From: Chloropicon primus
Lineage: Eukaryota
Assembly: GCA_023205875.1 (NCBI GenBank)
Contig: CP060758.1
Coordinates: 1 to 64,000 of the forward strand
DNA length: 64,000 nucleotides
Direction: 5' to 3'
This document shows, piece by piece, positions 42,449 through 53,354 of this stretch. A program made the position numbers and the translations under genes. The notes under the pieces are model-generated. The model worked only from the letters and a program-made list of their open reading frames with translations, made no database searches and was not told the origin of the DNA. The stretch's first letter is position 1. The number at the start of each line of letters is the position of its first letter.

Positions 42449-43087
42449 TCACTTGGCCGGGGCGGCTTCCTTCTTGCCGCCTCCGAAGGCCTTAGAAGCG
42501 CCCCAGATAACGACGGCCCAGCCGGTCAGCACGGCGATCACGATGTGCTCCTCCTTCCAGGCTGGGATGTTGGTGGGCGCCTCCCAAAAGTTCACCTTGG
42601 CCGGGGCACCGGGTTCTGCGCACACGCACACGCACGCACGCACAGAGAGAGAGAGAGAGAGAGAGACGACGACGACGACGACGTCACGAGGTGTCAGTAG
42701 TCCGAAGCGAAGTAAGTTGACGACCGAAGGACTGAAGAAAGAACAAGGACGCAGCCCGAAGCCGAAGCCGAGTTCGGTTCCTAGGAGCGAGCACGACGGA
42801 ATTCAATCCCGCCTGCTGCCGCAAAGCCGCTGAAGGCCAATTGGAAGCCCTCCTGAGTGGAGGAGTGGGCCTCATTCCTCCATACATTCCTTCCTTGGAC
42901 TCGTAGAGAAGAATGCCTCGTTGTCGCATTGTTCGTTTGTTCTTTGTTCTTTTTCTTTTTCTTGTTCGTTCGACTTACCCGTAGCCATGTTCCTCCTGGT
43001 GACGGTGTTGGTGAGCCTCTGGCCAAAGGCCTTGGCCGGCTCCTGGGCCACCTTCCTCAACAAAGCTCTCGATGCGAACGACGCCAT
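42449..43087 (-). CDS. Small single-TM mitochondrial protein of a conserved green-plant family; exons 42979-43087 and 42449-42615
   Basis: Presequence MASFASRALLRK..RRNMAT; intron 42616-42978 restores frame; KVNFWEAP..WKEEHIV + TM + GGGKK. Confidence 0.75.
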
Positions 43088-43426
43088 GGTGTTGATTCTA
43101 AACCCTAAACCACCACCAGCGAAATCAGGCGGAGCCCAGAGGAGAGGAGCAGAGAGACATGGCCATACTACATCAATGCCATCGAGGAGGACGAGGACGA
43201 GGACAATGCGATGGGAGGGGAGGGAAGGGGTCTGAGGATGCTTGTGTGCAAGCAGTCGCGAGACTCTTGCTTTGGGATGGAACATGAGAGGATGAATGAA
43301 AAGAGCTAGGTTCCCTTGCACGACAACGTATGGAAAGGGGTTACAGAAGTCGGAAGCAGCACCCCCGGGGTGCTGCTCCATGCGATCCATTCGATTCGGG
43401 CTGCAGCCTGGAGCACCGGGAGCCCC

Positions 43427-44300
43427 CTACCCCGATGCGGGGGACCTCCTGCCCACCGGCACGCAGAAGGCGAAGAGGGGGCGATGGCGACCGAACGAGA
43501 GCCCCGTGAGCACCGAGGACCAGAAAGGCTTGCCGCGACCGCAGTCCCCGTCCGCGTCCTTGCCGAGGTAATCCTGTCGAGACGGGTCGCAGAAACGCGT
43601 TGCGCGTGTCAAAATAAGAGCAAGCAAGCAACAGAAAGAGAGAGAGAGAGAGCGGACGGACTCGCGCGACTCACCTGGAACGTGGGCTCCTGCCCGCCCC
43701 CCTCGTCTAGCTCCGCGTCGGCGTCGCCTGCACCAAGGCGCGCCATGATTCGAGCGGAGTCCTCGCCGCCGCGTACGCCGTCGCCTGCCTCCCCCCCGTG
43801 CCCCATCGCTGCCCCGCCGCCGGAAGCGGAAGCTTCACTCGTCCCCCTCCCTCGTCCCCCTCGCTCTCCACAAAATACGTCTTGACCTCTCCCTCCCGCT
43901 CCACCAAGTGAACCTGCACTCGGTGAGACATATAAAGCGTGCGCGTGCGTGTGCGTGCGTGCGGCGGTTGCGATGGCCCTTGCTCCCCTTGCTCCCCCTC
44001 CGCCACCGCTTCAGACATCCACTGACGGGTCGTCCATGAGACCCACCTGCTTCTTCCTCACGACGTCCGAGAACCTTTTTTGGTAACGCCCCGTCAGCTC
44101 AGCAGAAAATATCTTTGCTTTTTTGGATAAGGACGAGCCAGCATCAGCATCAGCATCAGCATCAGCATTGAATGGTGAGGACAAGCATAGATTAGATGAC
44201 AGAACACGCACACGCACGCCCGGTGTCTCTGTCTCTGTCTCTGTCTCTGTCTCTTGTCCTTGATCTGGATCATCCTCCCTCCCTCCCTCCATAAGATGAA
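43427..44300 (-). CDS. Hypothetical multi-exon gene or genes; structure unresolved
   Basis: Plausible GT..AG introns near 43575-43674 and 43914-44046 link short coding-like segments; TGTAA at 43341-43345 on the minus strand; reading frame across the middle exon is ambiguous. Confidence 0.3.
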
Positions 44301-44417
44301 CCTTCCAAGGGCCTGAGGGCCTGGGGACACTGCGTGACGGGAGCATCACATGAATGAATGAGAAGGGCAGGTACAAGCGTAGATTAGATTACAATACACA
44401 CGCACACGCACACGCTG

Positions 44418-44462
<45 letters not shown>

Positions 44463-44477
44463 CCCCTTGATCGTCAG

Positions 44478-45878
44478 TCACCACATGAACCTCGCGACAC
44501 TCCCGTCGGGCCAGGTAAAGGGCCTGAAGAGGAACACGGCCTCGAGGGCGACGTTCGCGGCGAGGAACGCGGCACAGGTCCCGGCGGCCTTGGTCCTGCT
44601 CATGGGCTCCGAAAGGAGGCTGTGGATCGCGTAGAACGTGATGTAGTACCTGAACTCGAGCAGCTCGGCGAGGGCGGTCGTGGCCGCGGCGCAAGCGAAG
44701 GCCGCCAGGACCACCAGGGGGGGCTGGGTCCGGGCGAGCCGGTGCACGAGGGACCCCGCGGAGAAGAGGTGGAGGGGGGCCAGGGCCACCCTGTGCACCT
44801 CCGACCTTCCCAAGTAGTTCTTCCACACGTAGAACGTGTAGTGCCTGTTGTCCGCCAGCGTGTACGGGTGGACCAGCGTGTACCGGCGGATCACGAGGCA
44901 GAACGCCGCCAGGAGCGGCGCCGCGATCAAGAGGACCCTCGCCTTGCTCGCCCCCGACAGGGCTCGCACGAAGGGCGAGCGGGGGTCGAAGTGGACCAGG
45001 AAGTGAGCCCCCGCAACTGCAGTGCAGCAGTACAGGAACTGCGCGAGGTGGAGCTTCGGCTTGTGGGCGTCCCGGTCCCCCACGACGACCCCGCCGTTCT
45101 TCGCGACGAAGGCCGCGAAGGCCGCCATCAGCGCGACCGTGATCCAGTTGTTCCTCGCCAGCCTCGCCCTGTGCACCCAGGCCCCCCGAAGGACGCGCCC
45201 CAGGTCCCGAGGCAGCCCGAGCAGTCCGCCCGACCTCCCCTTCGGATTCACCTGGCTGTGGAGGTCGTACGCCAGGACGAATGCCGCCCACACCACGTTC
45301 GTCTGCCTGAAGAGGACCGCCCCCACCGCGGCGACCCCGCTCGCTCGGTGCCTGCGCCTGAGGGCCAGGAGGAGGGCCAGGAGCACCAAGGCGAGGGACC
45401 CCGCGTCCGTGTAATACAAGTCCGCGGAGAAGAAGTACACCGGGAACAAGTTGATCGCCAAGGCGTTCAGGAAGGCGTCCTCGGACGATATCCCGGGATG
45501 AACCTCTCCCAAGATCTCAAAGGACAGCAGTGCGCTTAGCCCGCCGAACACCAACCCATTGCACAGCCTCAAGCCCTTCACGGAGCACAGGAGGAAGCCC
45601 AGCGAGGCGTGCACGGGGGAGGAGGAGGGAAAGACCGTGCTCGCCCAGCGCACCACGAGTGACGGCACCGCCATGACCAAGTAGAGCCCCGGGAACGTCG
45701 TGATCTTGTCGTCCCACTGGTCGAACCTTCCTTGGCAATACTCTTGTGTCTGGGGGATGTGAAACGCCTCATCCATGTAGGGCTCGGTCACGACCCTTGA
45801 CCTCCAGAACCACACCACCGCGTGCATCACAACCACCACGCCGGTCAGCAACCCGCCGCTCCACCCCCCCCTCGCCAT
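44478..45878 (-). CDS. ALG10: Alpha-1,2-glucosyltransferase ALG10/DIE2
   Basis: EPYMDEAFHIPQTQEYC..WDDKITTFPGLY, LYYTD, FRQTNVVW, HPYTLADNRHYTFY, EFRYY, RFMW. Confidence 0.96.
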   Translation of the reverse strand: MARGGWSGGLLTGVVVVMHAVVWFWRSRVVTEPYMDEAFHIPQTQEYCQGRFDQWDDKITTFPGLYLVMAVPSLVVRWASTVFPSSSPVHASLGFLLCSVKGLRLCNGLVFGGLSALLSFEILGEVHPGISSEDAFLNALAINLFPVYFFSADLYYTDAGSLALVLLALLLALRRRHRASGVAAVGAVLFRQTNVVWAAFVLAYDLHSQVNPKGRSGGLLGLPRDLGRVLRGAWVHRARLARNNWITVALMAAFAAFVAKNGGVVVGDRDAHKPKLHLAQFLYCCTAVAGAHFLVHFDPRSPFVRALSGASKARVLLIAAPLLAAFCLVIRRYTLVHPYTLADNRHYTFYVWKNYLGRSEVHRVALAPLHLFSAGSLVHRLARTQPPLVVLAAFACAAATTALAELLEFRYYITFYAIHSLLSEPMSRTKAAGTCAAFLAANVALEAVFLFRPFTWPDGSVARFMW

Positions 45879-46208
45879 CCCTCCTCCCCCTCCACAACGC
45901 TAACGAATCAATGCTATTGATAAACGAATCAATGCTATTGATAACCGAGATGCTGAAGATGAAGATGCTGAAGATGAAGAAGAACCCCTTGCCTCTCCCT
46001 CCGTTGTTTGCGTGAAGTGATCCCGAGAAGTGTCGAGCGGAAGCCGTCGCGGACGCGTTGAACTCGAACCCGCCGACCCTTCCCTCCCCGTCCTCCTCCT
46101 CCTCTCCTCCTCTCCTCTCCTCTCGTCGTCCGCTTCCCGCCAGAAAAAAAAGCAAAAAAAAGAACCCTGTCGCGCCAAAAACTGAGAGACCCACGCCGGA
46201 CGGAGGAG

Positions 46209-47020
46209 ATGGCGAACTTCTCGCATCCGTGCGCGGCGGTGTCGCACGTATTCTTCAAGGTAACATAACATAACGCTACGCTACGCTGCGTGACGCAGCG
46301 CTGCGCCAACCCATGCTTCGCTTTCCTTGGGTTCATGATGGCTGGCTGGTGTCTCATGGTGGCCTCGGGAGGGCAGGGGCATGGAAGGGAAGCGGGTGGT
46401 GGTGTGGTTGGGGGTGGGGATCGGCGGTGCGGACACTGACTGGGTTTCCTCCACGGCTTCGTTCTTGTTCTCGTTTTTCATGGGGTTGGACTTGACTTGT
46501 TCATGTTCATTCGGACTCGGACTCTGTGGCGCGGGGGTTGGAACGATCTCGTTGGCAGACAGCTGCAGTGTTGACGTACATCTTGTGCGAGTGGTTCTCG
46601 GATAACTTCGTGGTGAACTTCGTGGTGCTGGCCACGTTGCTGGCTTGCGACTTTTGGACGGTGAAGAACGTGAGCGGGAGGTTCCTGGTGGGCCTCCGGT
46701 GGTGGCACGAGGTCAACGAGGACGGGAGCAGTCAGTGGAAGTTCGAGAGTTTGGACGAAGAGGGGCAGAAAACAATCGACACTTTCGAGAAGAGGATATT
46801 CTGGTGGTCTACGTATGCCGTCCCCGTCATCTGGGTCCTCCTGGGGCTCGTGACGTTGCTCCGACTGCACTGGACCTATTTGATCATCGTCCTTCTGGCA
46901 CTCGTTCTGGCGTGCTCCAACCTGGTGGGGTACGTCAAAGCGAGCAGGGACCAAACCAAGCAGATCTCCGACATGCTGGGCACGGCCAAGGCCTTCTCTG
47001 TGATCAAGAACCTTGTGTGA
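46209..47020 (+). CDS. TVP23: Golgi membrane protein TVP23/ECHIDNA; exons 46209-46259 and 46559-47020
   Basis: HPCAAVSHVFFK|TAAVLTY; DFWTVKNVSGRFLVGLRWW..WKFES; NLVGY. Confidence 0.93.
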
Positions 47021-47191
47021 GAGGTGGAGGTGGACACCAAACGAGAGGAGGACAGGAGGGTGGAAAGGAAATGAAAATTGTTTATAATAACCGAACGCGT
47101 TCGTTTGTAACAACAGTAGCAGAACCACACGAGGGTCTCGATCGATCTCGCATCGTGAGAAGCGATCCAACCCAATCCCCTGCCGCCCCGC

Positions 47192-47539
47192 TTACAAGCT
47201 TGCCTTGGGCTGTGCCGCCTTGAGCACCGGCGTGAGCTTCATGCTCAACGCAATGTTTCCAGAGATCTTGAGCTTGCCCTGGATGAAGGCCATCTGTGGC
47301 TGGAGCTTACCGGACGCGAGCTTGACGAAGACGTCGTCGCTCATCGTGAGCGTGACATCCGGCTTCGGGTCGTCCGTCCTGTCGAAGTGTATCTTCCCCT
47401 TGCCATTCTTGAGGTCCAACAAAAAGGTCTTTCCATCGATCTTAAAAAGCGCCACGCCTTTGAACATCTTCACCAACTTCTCCCCCTGGCTCTCCAAAGC
47501 CTTCTCCAACCCCTTCAACAACTCCGTAGACGCCGCCAT
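47192..47539 (-). CDS. SCP2: Sterol carrier protein 2 (SCP2 domain)
   Basis: LDLKNGKG..PDVTLTMSDDVFVKLASGKLQPQMAFIQGKLKISGN; ends in ASL (possible non-canonical PTS1). Confidence 0.9.
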   Translation of the reverse strand: MAASTELLKGLEKALESQGEKLVKMFKGVALFKIDGKTFLLDLKNGKGKIHFDRTDDPKPDVTLTMSDDVFVKLASGKLQPQMAFIQGKLKISGNIALSMKLTPVLKAAQPKASL

Positions 47540-47818
47540 CTCTCTCCTTCGTCCCTCCTCTCTCTCTCTCTCTCTCTCGCTCCTCGCTCTTGTGCGCCGG
47601 CCCCTGTGAAAAGTGAAAAGCGAAGCCACCACCTCACTCCTGGGCCCTGCCGCCCTGCAGACCACGACGACGACGACGACCACGAGGAGAGCGAGCGGAG
47701 GGGAGCAGGACGCGGGGAGGGGACACGGGCGTCGCTCCCTCTTTCGATCGAGCCGCCGCTGGGACGAAACGGAGGTGTGGTGACGACGGACTGAGGAGGA
47801 GGAGGAGCGAGGAAGGGG

Positions 47819-48537
47819 ATGAGTATTCGACACGGGAAGCCTGTGTCGGTCAAGGAGATTGTCTCCACGGACACTGGAGGGGCAGGACAGAGCGAGGTAA
47901 GAAACCGAGTCAAGCATCTATCTCTTCTCCTCCATCAACAAGAGGAACAACAAGAGGAACAACAGCAGCATACTGAACTGGTTGGTGATGATTCCATCTT
48001 GGTGGTTTGTGTGGTGGAGGTGGCGGGTGAGGGAAGGGAGGGGTGTGCGCTGGGGGACAGCGTGAGGACAGTGGGGAGACTGAAGACGGTGCTCAGCGTG
48101 GAGACTGTGGTGGTGGAAGATGAGGGTTGCGAGCTGGAAGTCGACGTGGCCCTGTCCAATCCGTGCCACTTCAAGCCGGGGAGACAGTATCAGTTCATAG
48201 GGGAGTTGGAGGATCGGAGAAACAGCCTTGGGAGCGAGGTGAGTACATAAAGTGCTCTCCGGATCAGAGCACGGAACGAGAATGGGTGCTTCAGAGACGA
48301 TGGGCTGCTTGGTTTCCCGTTTCGTCGCTTCGCTCGCCAAGAAGACGAAGACTCACAAACGACCTCTTGCTTTCCTCCCACTCTCGCCTTGTCGTGCTGC
48401 AGGCCAATACGCTGATACTCGTGGCGAGAATCGCGCGGGACGTCACAGGGCTCGACATGGACCTGTACAGAAGAGGCCTGGAGGCCCAGGAGCAGTGCCT
48501 GCGGGAGTTTGAGCGGAACAGCCCTGGCGCGTCGTGA
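47819..48537 (+). CDS. TEN1: CST complex subunit TEN1; introns about 47897-48019 (acceptor uncertain) and 48239-48402
   Basis: SVRTVGRL, YQFIGEL, LVARIARDVTGLDMDLYRRGLE match plant TEN1 OB-fold motifs. Confidence 0.8.
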
Positions 48538-48675
48538 GCCTTGGAGGGGCCGGGATGAAGGAACACACCAGGAGAGAGATGTAAGTGATTATTCATAGGT
48601 TGTAATTGTATTGACGCTGAATCTTAGAGCTGTGTGCCCTCCCCACGCACGCACGCACGCACTTCACCCGCCATC

Positions 48676-50001
48676 TCACTGCTCTCGCCGCTTGTTGTAC
48701 CTGAGGAGAGCCCACTGAATTTTCTCAAAGAAGGGGTGTGATTTGATCTCCGAGGCGCCATAGGTGCTGCCCAGCCTGCTGGAGGCGTCCTTGTCCAGGA
48801 GCTTCCTGATGATGTCCTTGCACGCCCCTGACACGATCGGATCCTGTGGAAACGAGACCTCCTCCTCCACAATCCTCTTGAAGCACTCGTTCCTGTTCTT
48901 GCTGGCGAACGGAGTGACTCCGTACACCAACTCGTAGATGAAGATTCCCACGGACCACCAGTCCACGGAGCTTGTGTACCCCCGGCAGGCGATGATCTCC
49001 GGCGCAATGTACTCGTCGGTCCCCACGAAGGAAGTCGACCGGAGTCTCGGGATTCCCACGAGCTTGAGCGAGGATTTGGCGCTCCGGAGCTTCTTTCTGG
49101 ACTCCCTCATGTCCTTCTCCCTCTTGAGCTCCTCCTGGAACTTGAGCTGGAGGTTCCCGGACGACATGCTTTTCGGCATCGGCGTCAGGGACTTTCCCAT
49201 CCTTCGCATCCCCGTCGGCCCCGCCCCCCCTCTCTCGGACCCCCCGATCACCCCCGCCCTTCCCGTGGAGACGTCCGTCCTGCGCATCGTCATGGAGGGG
49301 GGCTCCACCTGCCTCGACAGGTCGAAGTCCGTGAGCTTGACGTGGCCGTCCCCGCAGACCAGCACGTTCTCCGGCTTGAGGTCCCTGTACACGTAGCCCT
49401 GCACGTGCAGGTACTGGAGGGCGATGACCACCTGGGCCGCGTAGAGCCTGGCCTGGGCCTCTGGGAAGCCGCCGTAACCCCCCGAGGGGAGCCTCTGCAG
49501 AATCTGGTACATGTCCCCGTGCGCGCAGTGCTCCATGAGAAAGCCGATGGACCCGTTCTGGTTGAAGGTCCGGTAGAGAGTCACCACGAAGGGGTGGTCC
49601 GTGCCGCACAGGATGGAGTGCTCCGTCAGCACCCGCCTGACGCGGTTCTTGCGGTCGAACCCGTTCTTGTGGAAGATCTTGAGGGCGAAAGTCGGCGCGC
49701 CTGCGGCTGCGGCGGTCTTGAGCTTGACGAGGTACACCGAGGCGCTGGACCCCGTCCCCAGCTTGCGGATGATGTCAAAGTCCGTCATCTGCAGGGGCTC
49801 CCTCCCCTTGGCCCTCTCGTAACGCTCCAGGACCTTCCAGTTCGGGTCCCCCCTTTGGTGCGGCTTGGGCCTGACCGGCCCGGACTTGAGCTTGTCCAGG
49901 AGGCCCGACACCATCCTGTTGGCCGGGGTCGGTGCCATCATCCCCGAGGACGCCGCCAGGGACATGGACCTGGACCTCGGTTCCTCCCCTCCCCTGCCCA
50001 T
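48676..50001 (-). CDS. AGCVIII-type Ser/Thr kinase (phototropin/PINOID-related, no LOV domains)
   Basis: DHPFVVTLY, YRDLKPENVL, DFDLS instead of DFG, insertion before SFVGTDEYIAPE, VDWWSVG. Confidence 0.9.
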   Translation of the reverse strand: MGRGGEEPRSRSMSLAASSGMMAPTPANRMVSGLLDKLKSGPVRPKPHQRGDPNWKVLERYERAKGREPLQMTDFDIIRKLGTGSSASVYLVKLKTAAAAGAPTFALKIFHKNGFDRKNRVRRVLTEHSILCGTDHPFVVTLYRTFNQNGSIGFLMEHCAHGDMYQILQRLPSGGYGGFPEAQARLYAAQVVIALQYLHVQGYVYRDLKPENVLVCGDGHVKLTDFDLSRQVEPPSMTMRRTDVSTGRAGVIGGSERGGAGPTGMRRMGKSLTPMPKSMSSGNLQLKFQEELKREKDMRESRKKLRSAKSSLKLVGIPRLRSTSFVGTDEYIAPEIIACRGYTSSVDWWSVGIFIYELVYGVTPFASKNRNECFKRIVEEEVSFPQDPIVSGACKDIIRKLLDKDASSRLGSTYGASEIKSHPFFEKIQWALLRYNKRREQ

Positions 50002-50796
50002 CGTACCTTGCGCTTCTCGTTGTCGCCCTCCGGATCCGGAGGAGCACGAAGAGAAAGAGGATGAAACGACGACAACCCCTCCGCCCTTGCTTTTCTCCCG
50101 CGAGCCAGGAATCGCTCGAGCCCAACCGAACCGAACCGAACCGAACCGAGAGAGAGAGAGAGAGCAAGCCTCCCACTCAAAAACACAAACAACAAGAACA
50201 AGAACAACAACAAGAAAACGCAAAGCAAGGCAAACCAGGGCAAGGCAAGAGAGCGCGCGTCCTCGTGGTCCTCGTGGTCGTGGTCCTCGTCCTCGTGGTC
50301 GTGGTCGTGGTCGTGGTCGTCGTCGGTTGTGTCTTGTATGGTCCTCCTCTGGTTTTGTGTTTTGTGTTTTGATGAAAATGAAATTGTGTGGCTCTGAAGC
50401 GGTTTTCCCCTCTCGAGTACGAAACCCCACATTCACTCGGAGGTTCGGAGGGAAAAAAAAAAAAAAAAAAAAAAAGAAAACGAAGGAGCACGCCAGAGAA
50501 CGTAACCGACGTAACCGACAACAACAACAACAACAACAACACGACGACGACGACGACGACGACGACGAGGAGGACGAGGACGAGGACGAGGTTGGGAAGG
50601 GAGGGGGTGCTCCGTGGGGCGGCAGGTTGTGTGGACTTTGACGAGTCAACTTCAACTTCAACTTCCTCCTCGAAGTCGTCGTTGACTCGACCCAGGGGAG
50701 GTGGGGGAGGGGGCTTCCTCTTCCTCTGCGGTGCCGCTTGCTTGCTTTTTAGTTTTTTGTTTTGTTTTTTGTTTTGTGCGTGTCTGCACCGCTAGA

Positions 50797-51852
50797 ATGT
50801 GGAACGCGGAGGACCAGCAGACCGACCTGCAGAGGATTCTGAACCGAGCCGAGGGCGGGGAGGGAGGCCTGAACACCGAGAGGCTCGTGCACCTCCAGCA
50901 GCAGCAGCAGGCGCAGCAGTCGGACCTGAACGCCATTATGGCGCTGGAGATGGCCGAGCGGAGCAGGATGTCCCAGCACCTCATGGCGCAGCAGATGCAG
51001 CAGAAGGTGAAGGTGAAGTGCGAGAACTGCCACGTCCTCCTGGAGGTGTCGGTCCCGCCCAACCACCCGAGCGAGACCATGATCGTGAGATGCGGCAACT
51101 GCAGCAGCCTCCTGGAGGTGGTGCTGAGGCCGCAGGAGGCGGACCCGGGTAACTATGAGAGCCTGCTGAACCAGCACCTGCGGAGGTACAGGGAGCAGGG
51201 CGGCCAGATGATGCCGGTGTCCTTCGACAGCATGCGGAGGGAGGACGTCACGTACGAGGACCAGCTGGCCAGGGCGAGCCAGTTGGCCATGCTCAAGCAG
51301 TACGCGGAGCAGCAGAACAGCGAGGAGCAGGGCAGGTCCAGGAGAAAGAGGAAGAAGGACCCCAGCAAGCCGAAGAAGCTCTCCAAGTACAACGAGTTCG
51401 TGAGCGCCGAGGTGAAGAGGCTCAAGCAGTGCTCGGAGAACTACGACAACAAGGAGATGTTCAAGATTGCAGCGGCCAACTGGAAGCACGCCAAGGAGAA
51501 CCCCGCGAACGCGGGAAAATTCAGCTCGGACGCCGGGCCCTCGGACACCATGTCCACGCTCGGGCACGCTGACCTCGCCGCCCACCTCGCGGCGAGCCGC
51601 GGGGAGAAGCTCCTCGAGCTCACCCTGGACTGCTCGTCGCCGGAAGATGACGTCAAAGTGAGCTTCGAGTTCGACCTCTCGCGGGGGAACGGGGAGCACC
51701 GGAACCAGAACGACAAGGGCGCATCCAACATCACGAGCGAGGAACCGGGGGACAAGGACAACACCGACGCCGTCCTCCCCGACAAGGAGGATCTTTTGGC
51801 AGAGCGATACTACATGGACCCTTGTAACCTCGTCCCCCGCCCGCCCATGTAA
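50797..51852 (+). CDS. YABBY-like transcription factor (C2C2 zinc finger + YABBY/HMG-like domain)
   Basis: VKCENCHVLLEVSVP..VRCGNCSSLL and KPKKLSKYNEFVSAEVKRLK..KEMFKIAAANWKH. Confidence 0.85.
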   Translation: MWNAEDQQTDLQRILNRAEGGEGGLNTERLVHLQQQQQAQQSDLNAIMALEMAERSRMSQHLMAQQMQQKVKVKCENCHVLLEVSVPPNHPSETMIVRCGNCSSLLEVVLRPQEADPGNYESLLNQHLRRYREQGGQMMPVSFDSMRREDVTYEDQLARASQLAMLKQYAEQQNSEEQGRSRRKRKKDPSKPKKLSKYNEFVSAEVKRLKQCSENYDNKEMFKIAAANWKHAKENPANAGKFSSDAGPSDTMSTLGHADLAAHLAASRGEKLLELTLDCSSPEDDVKVSFEFDLSRGNGEHRNQNDKGASNITSEEPGDKDNTDAVLPDKEDLLAERYYMDPCNLVPRPPM

Positions 51853-52281
51853 ACCCACCTCTCCTCCTTTTTTGTTGTTGTAATCCTAAACACACGTTGC
51901 TAGCCTCCCTCCATTGGCCATTGGCCAAGCCTTTGCCCTCGCTCGCTTCGCTGCTAGGGTTCCTCCTTACTCACCATCTTGGCTGGCTGGCGGGCGGGCG
52001 TTACAGTTGTTGTCTGCGAGCGTTGCGTGGGTTGGAGTGGTGAAGGGCGAGGGAACGCGAGCGAGGAAGGACACGACACGACGCGACACGGACGCTGCGC
52101 GCCACCTCGGTTGTCGGTCGGTTTCGTTTGTTGGGAGGCCTCGGTACCGCACGGAACGGGCGAGGAAGAAGAGCCTGCCTGCTTGCCGGCTTGCCTTTGT
52201 TGACAGGGGAGGGAAGAAGGGGAGGAAGGGAAATACTTGCGTGACGGAGAGGCCAGGGGGACCATGCCGGTGGCTTTTGAC

Positions 52282-52997
52282 ATGCCCGAGTCCCAGGTAA
52301 GGGCGACAGACCACTCACCCGCGCTTCGAAGGGGAGAGAGCGACCCGGAAAACCCTCTCACGACCAACACCGTATGTCCTCGCCCTGGGAACTGACTTGA
52401 CTTGCGCGTTTGTGTACGCCCTTCCCGTTCGCTTTCGCTTCTCTCCAGAGGGGCGAGGAGATTCCGACCGACGCGAGTCCTGGATCGGTCGAAGGCGAGG
52501 ACGTGGACCCCGCGCTGGACCTCGTGAGAACCATGAGCATGTCCACCGACAAGGACATCTTGAAGCAGCTGAGGGACGCGATGAACCCCAAGCAGAGGCA
52601 GCAGACCTTCGTCATGATTCTGCAGGCAGGCCTGGGCCTGATTGCGGTTGCCATCCTTCTCGCCGTCGTCATCGTTGGCTACCTGAACCTCGTGAACGTG
52701 AGCAACGCCGTGGGCACGATGGCGGAGCAGACCACGCAGCTCAAGGACATCACCCTGAACACCTCGAAGAAGATGAATCTGCTCGTGGAGAACCTGGGCC
52801 CCGTCAAAGTTCTCCCCGACTTCGAGGAGAGCCTTTCGAACATGAACGAGCAGGTCGACATCTTGACGACGACTCTTTGCTCCTCCCCCTTGTTCGCGGC
52901 ACAGTGCCCAGCGGATTTGAGGGGGGGCGCATTCGCTCCCGCTCCCCCGGCACCAGAACCAGCCGGGGACGAGCTCAACAGCAGCACGAGTGGCTGA
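52282..52997 (+). CDS. Unknown type II membrane coiled-coil protein, paralog A; exons 52282-52296 and 52449-52997
   Basis: GTAAG..CCAG intron in phase 0; one TM, heptads, CSSPLFAAQCP. Confidence 0.7.
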
Positions 52998-53354
52998 CCA
53001 AACAGGGCAGACAAGGGCGCGGGATTTTGTATAACCTCCTCGTCCCCGGTCGCCAATCCAAACCAATCCAATCCAAGCGTGTTTGTCATTCCACCTCAAT
53101 GTTTTCCCTTCTTCTTTCTTCCAGAATTTTCTCCTCGCTCGCGGGGACTTCCGCTCCAAAGGCAGTCCCGAGAACCTCTCCTCCCTTCCCCTTCCCCAAT
53201 CCCCACTCTCCAAGCTCTGCTCTTCCTCTTCCTCTTGCTCCCTCCCTCCTCCATCCCATCCTCGACGAGGGCTTCGCTTGCTTTGCTCCTCTCGCGGAGG
53301 CTCTGGCTCAGGCGTTACGTGAGGGAGGGGTTGGTTTGCTGTTTGTTGGTCGCC

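Noticed and set aside
43356..43378. Perfect palindrome AGCAGCACCCC-C-GGGGTGCTGCT as a terminator, SECIS or MITE
   Set aside because: 1-nt loop, no SECIS core, no terminal repeats or target duplication; an isolated hairpin in a probable 3' UTR
47819..48537. Functional link between TEN1 position and the nearby telomere
   Set aside because: It is 47 kb away among unrelated housekeeping genes; likely coincidence
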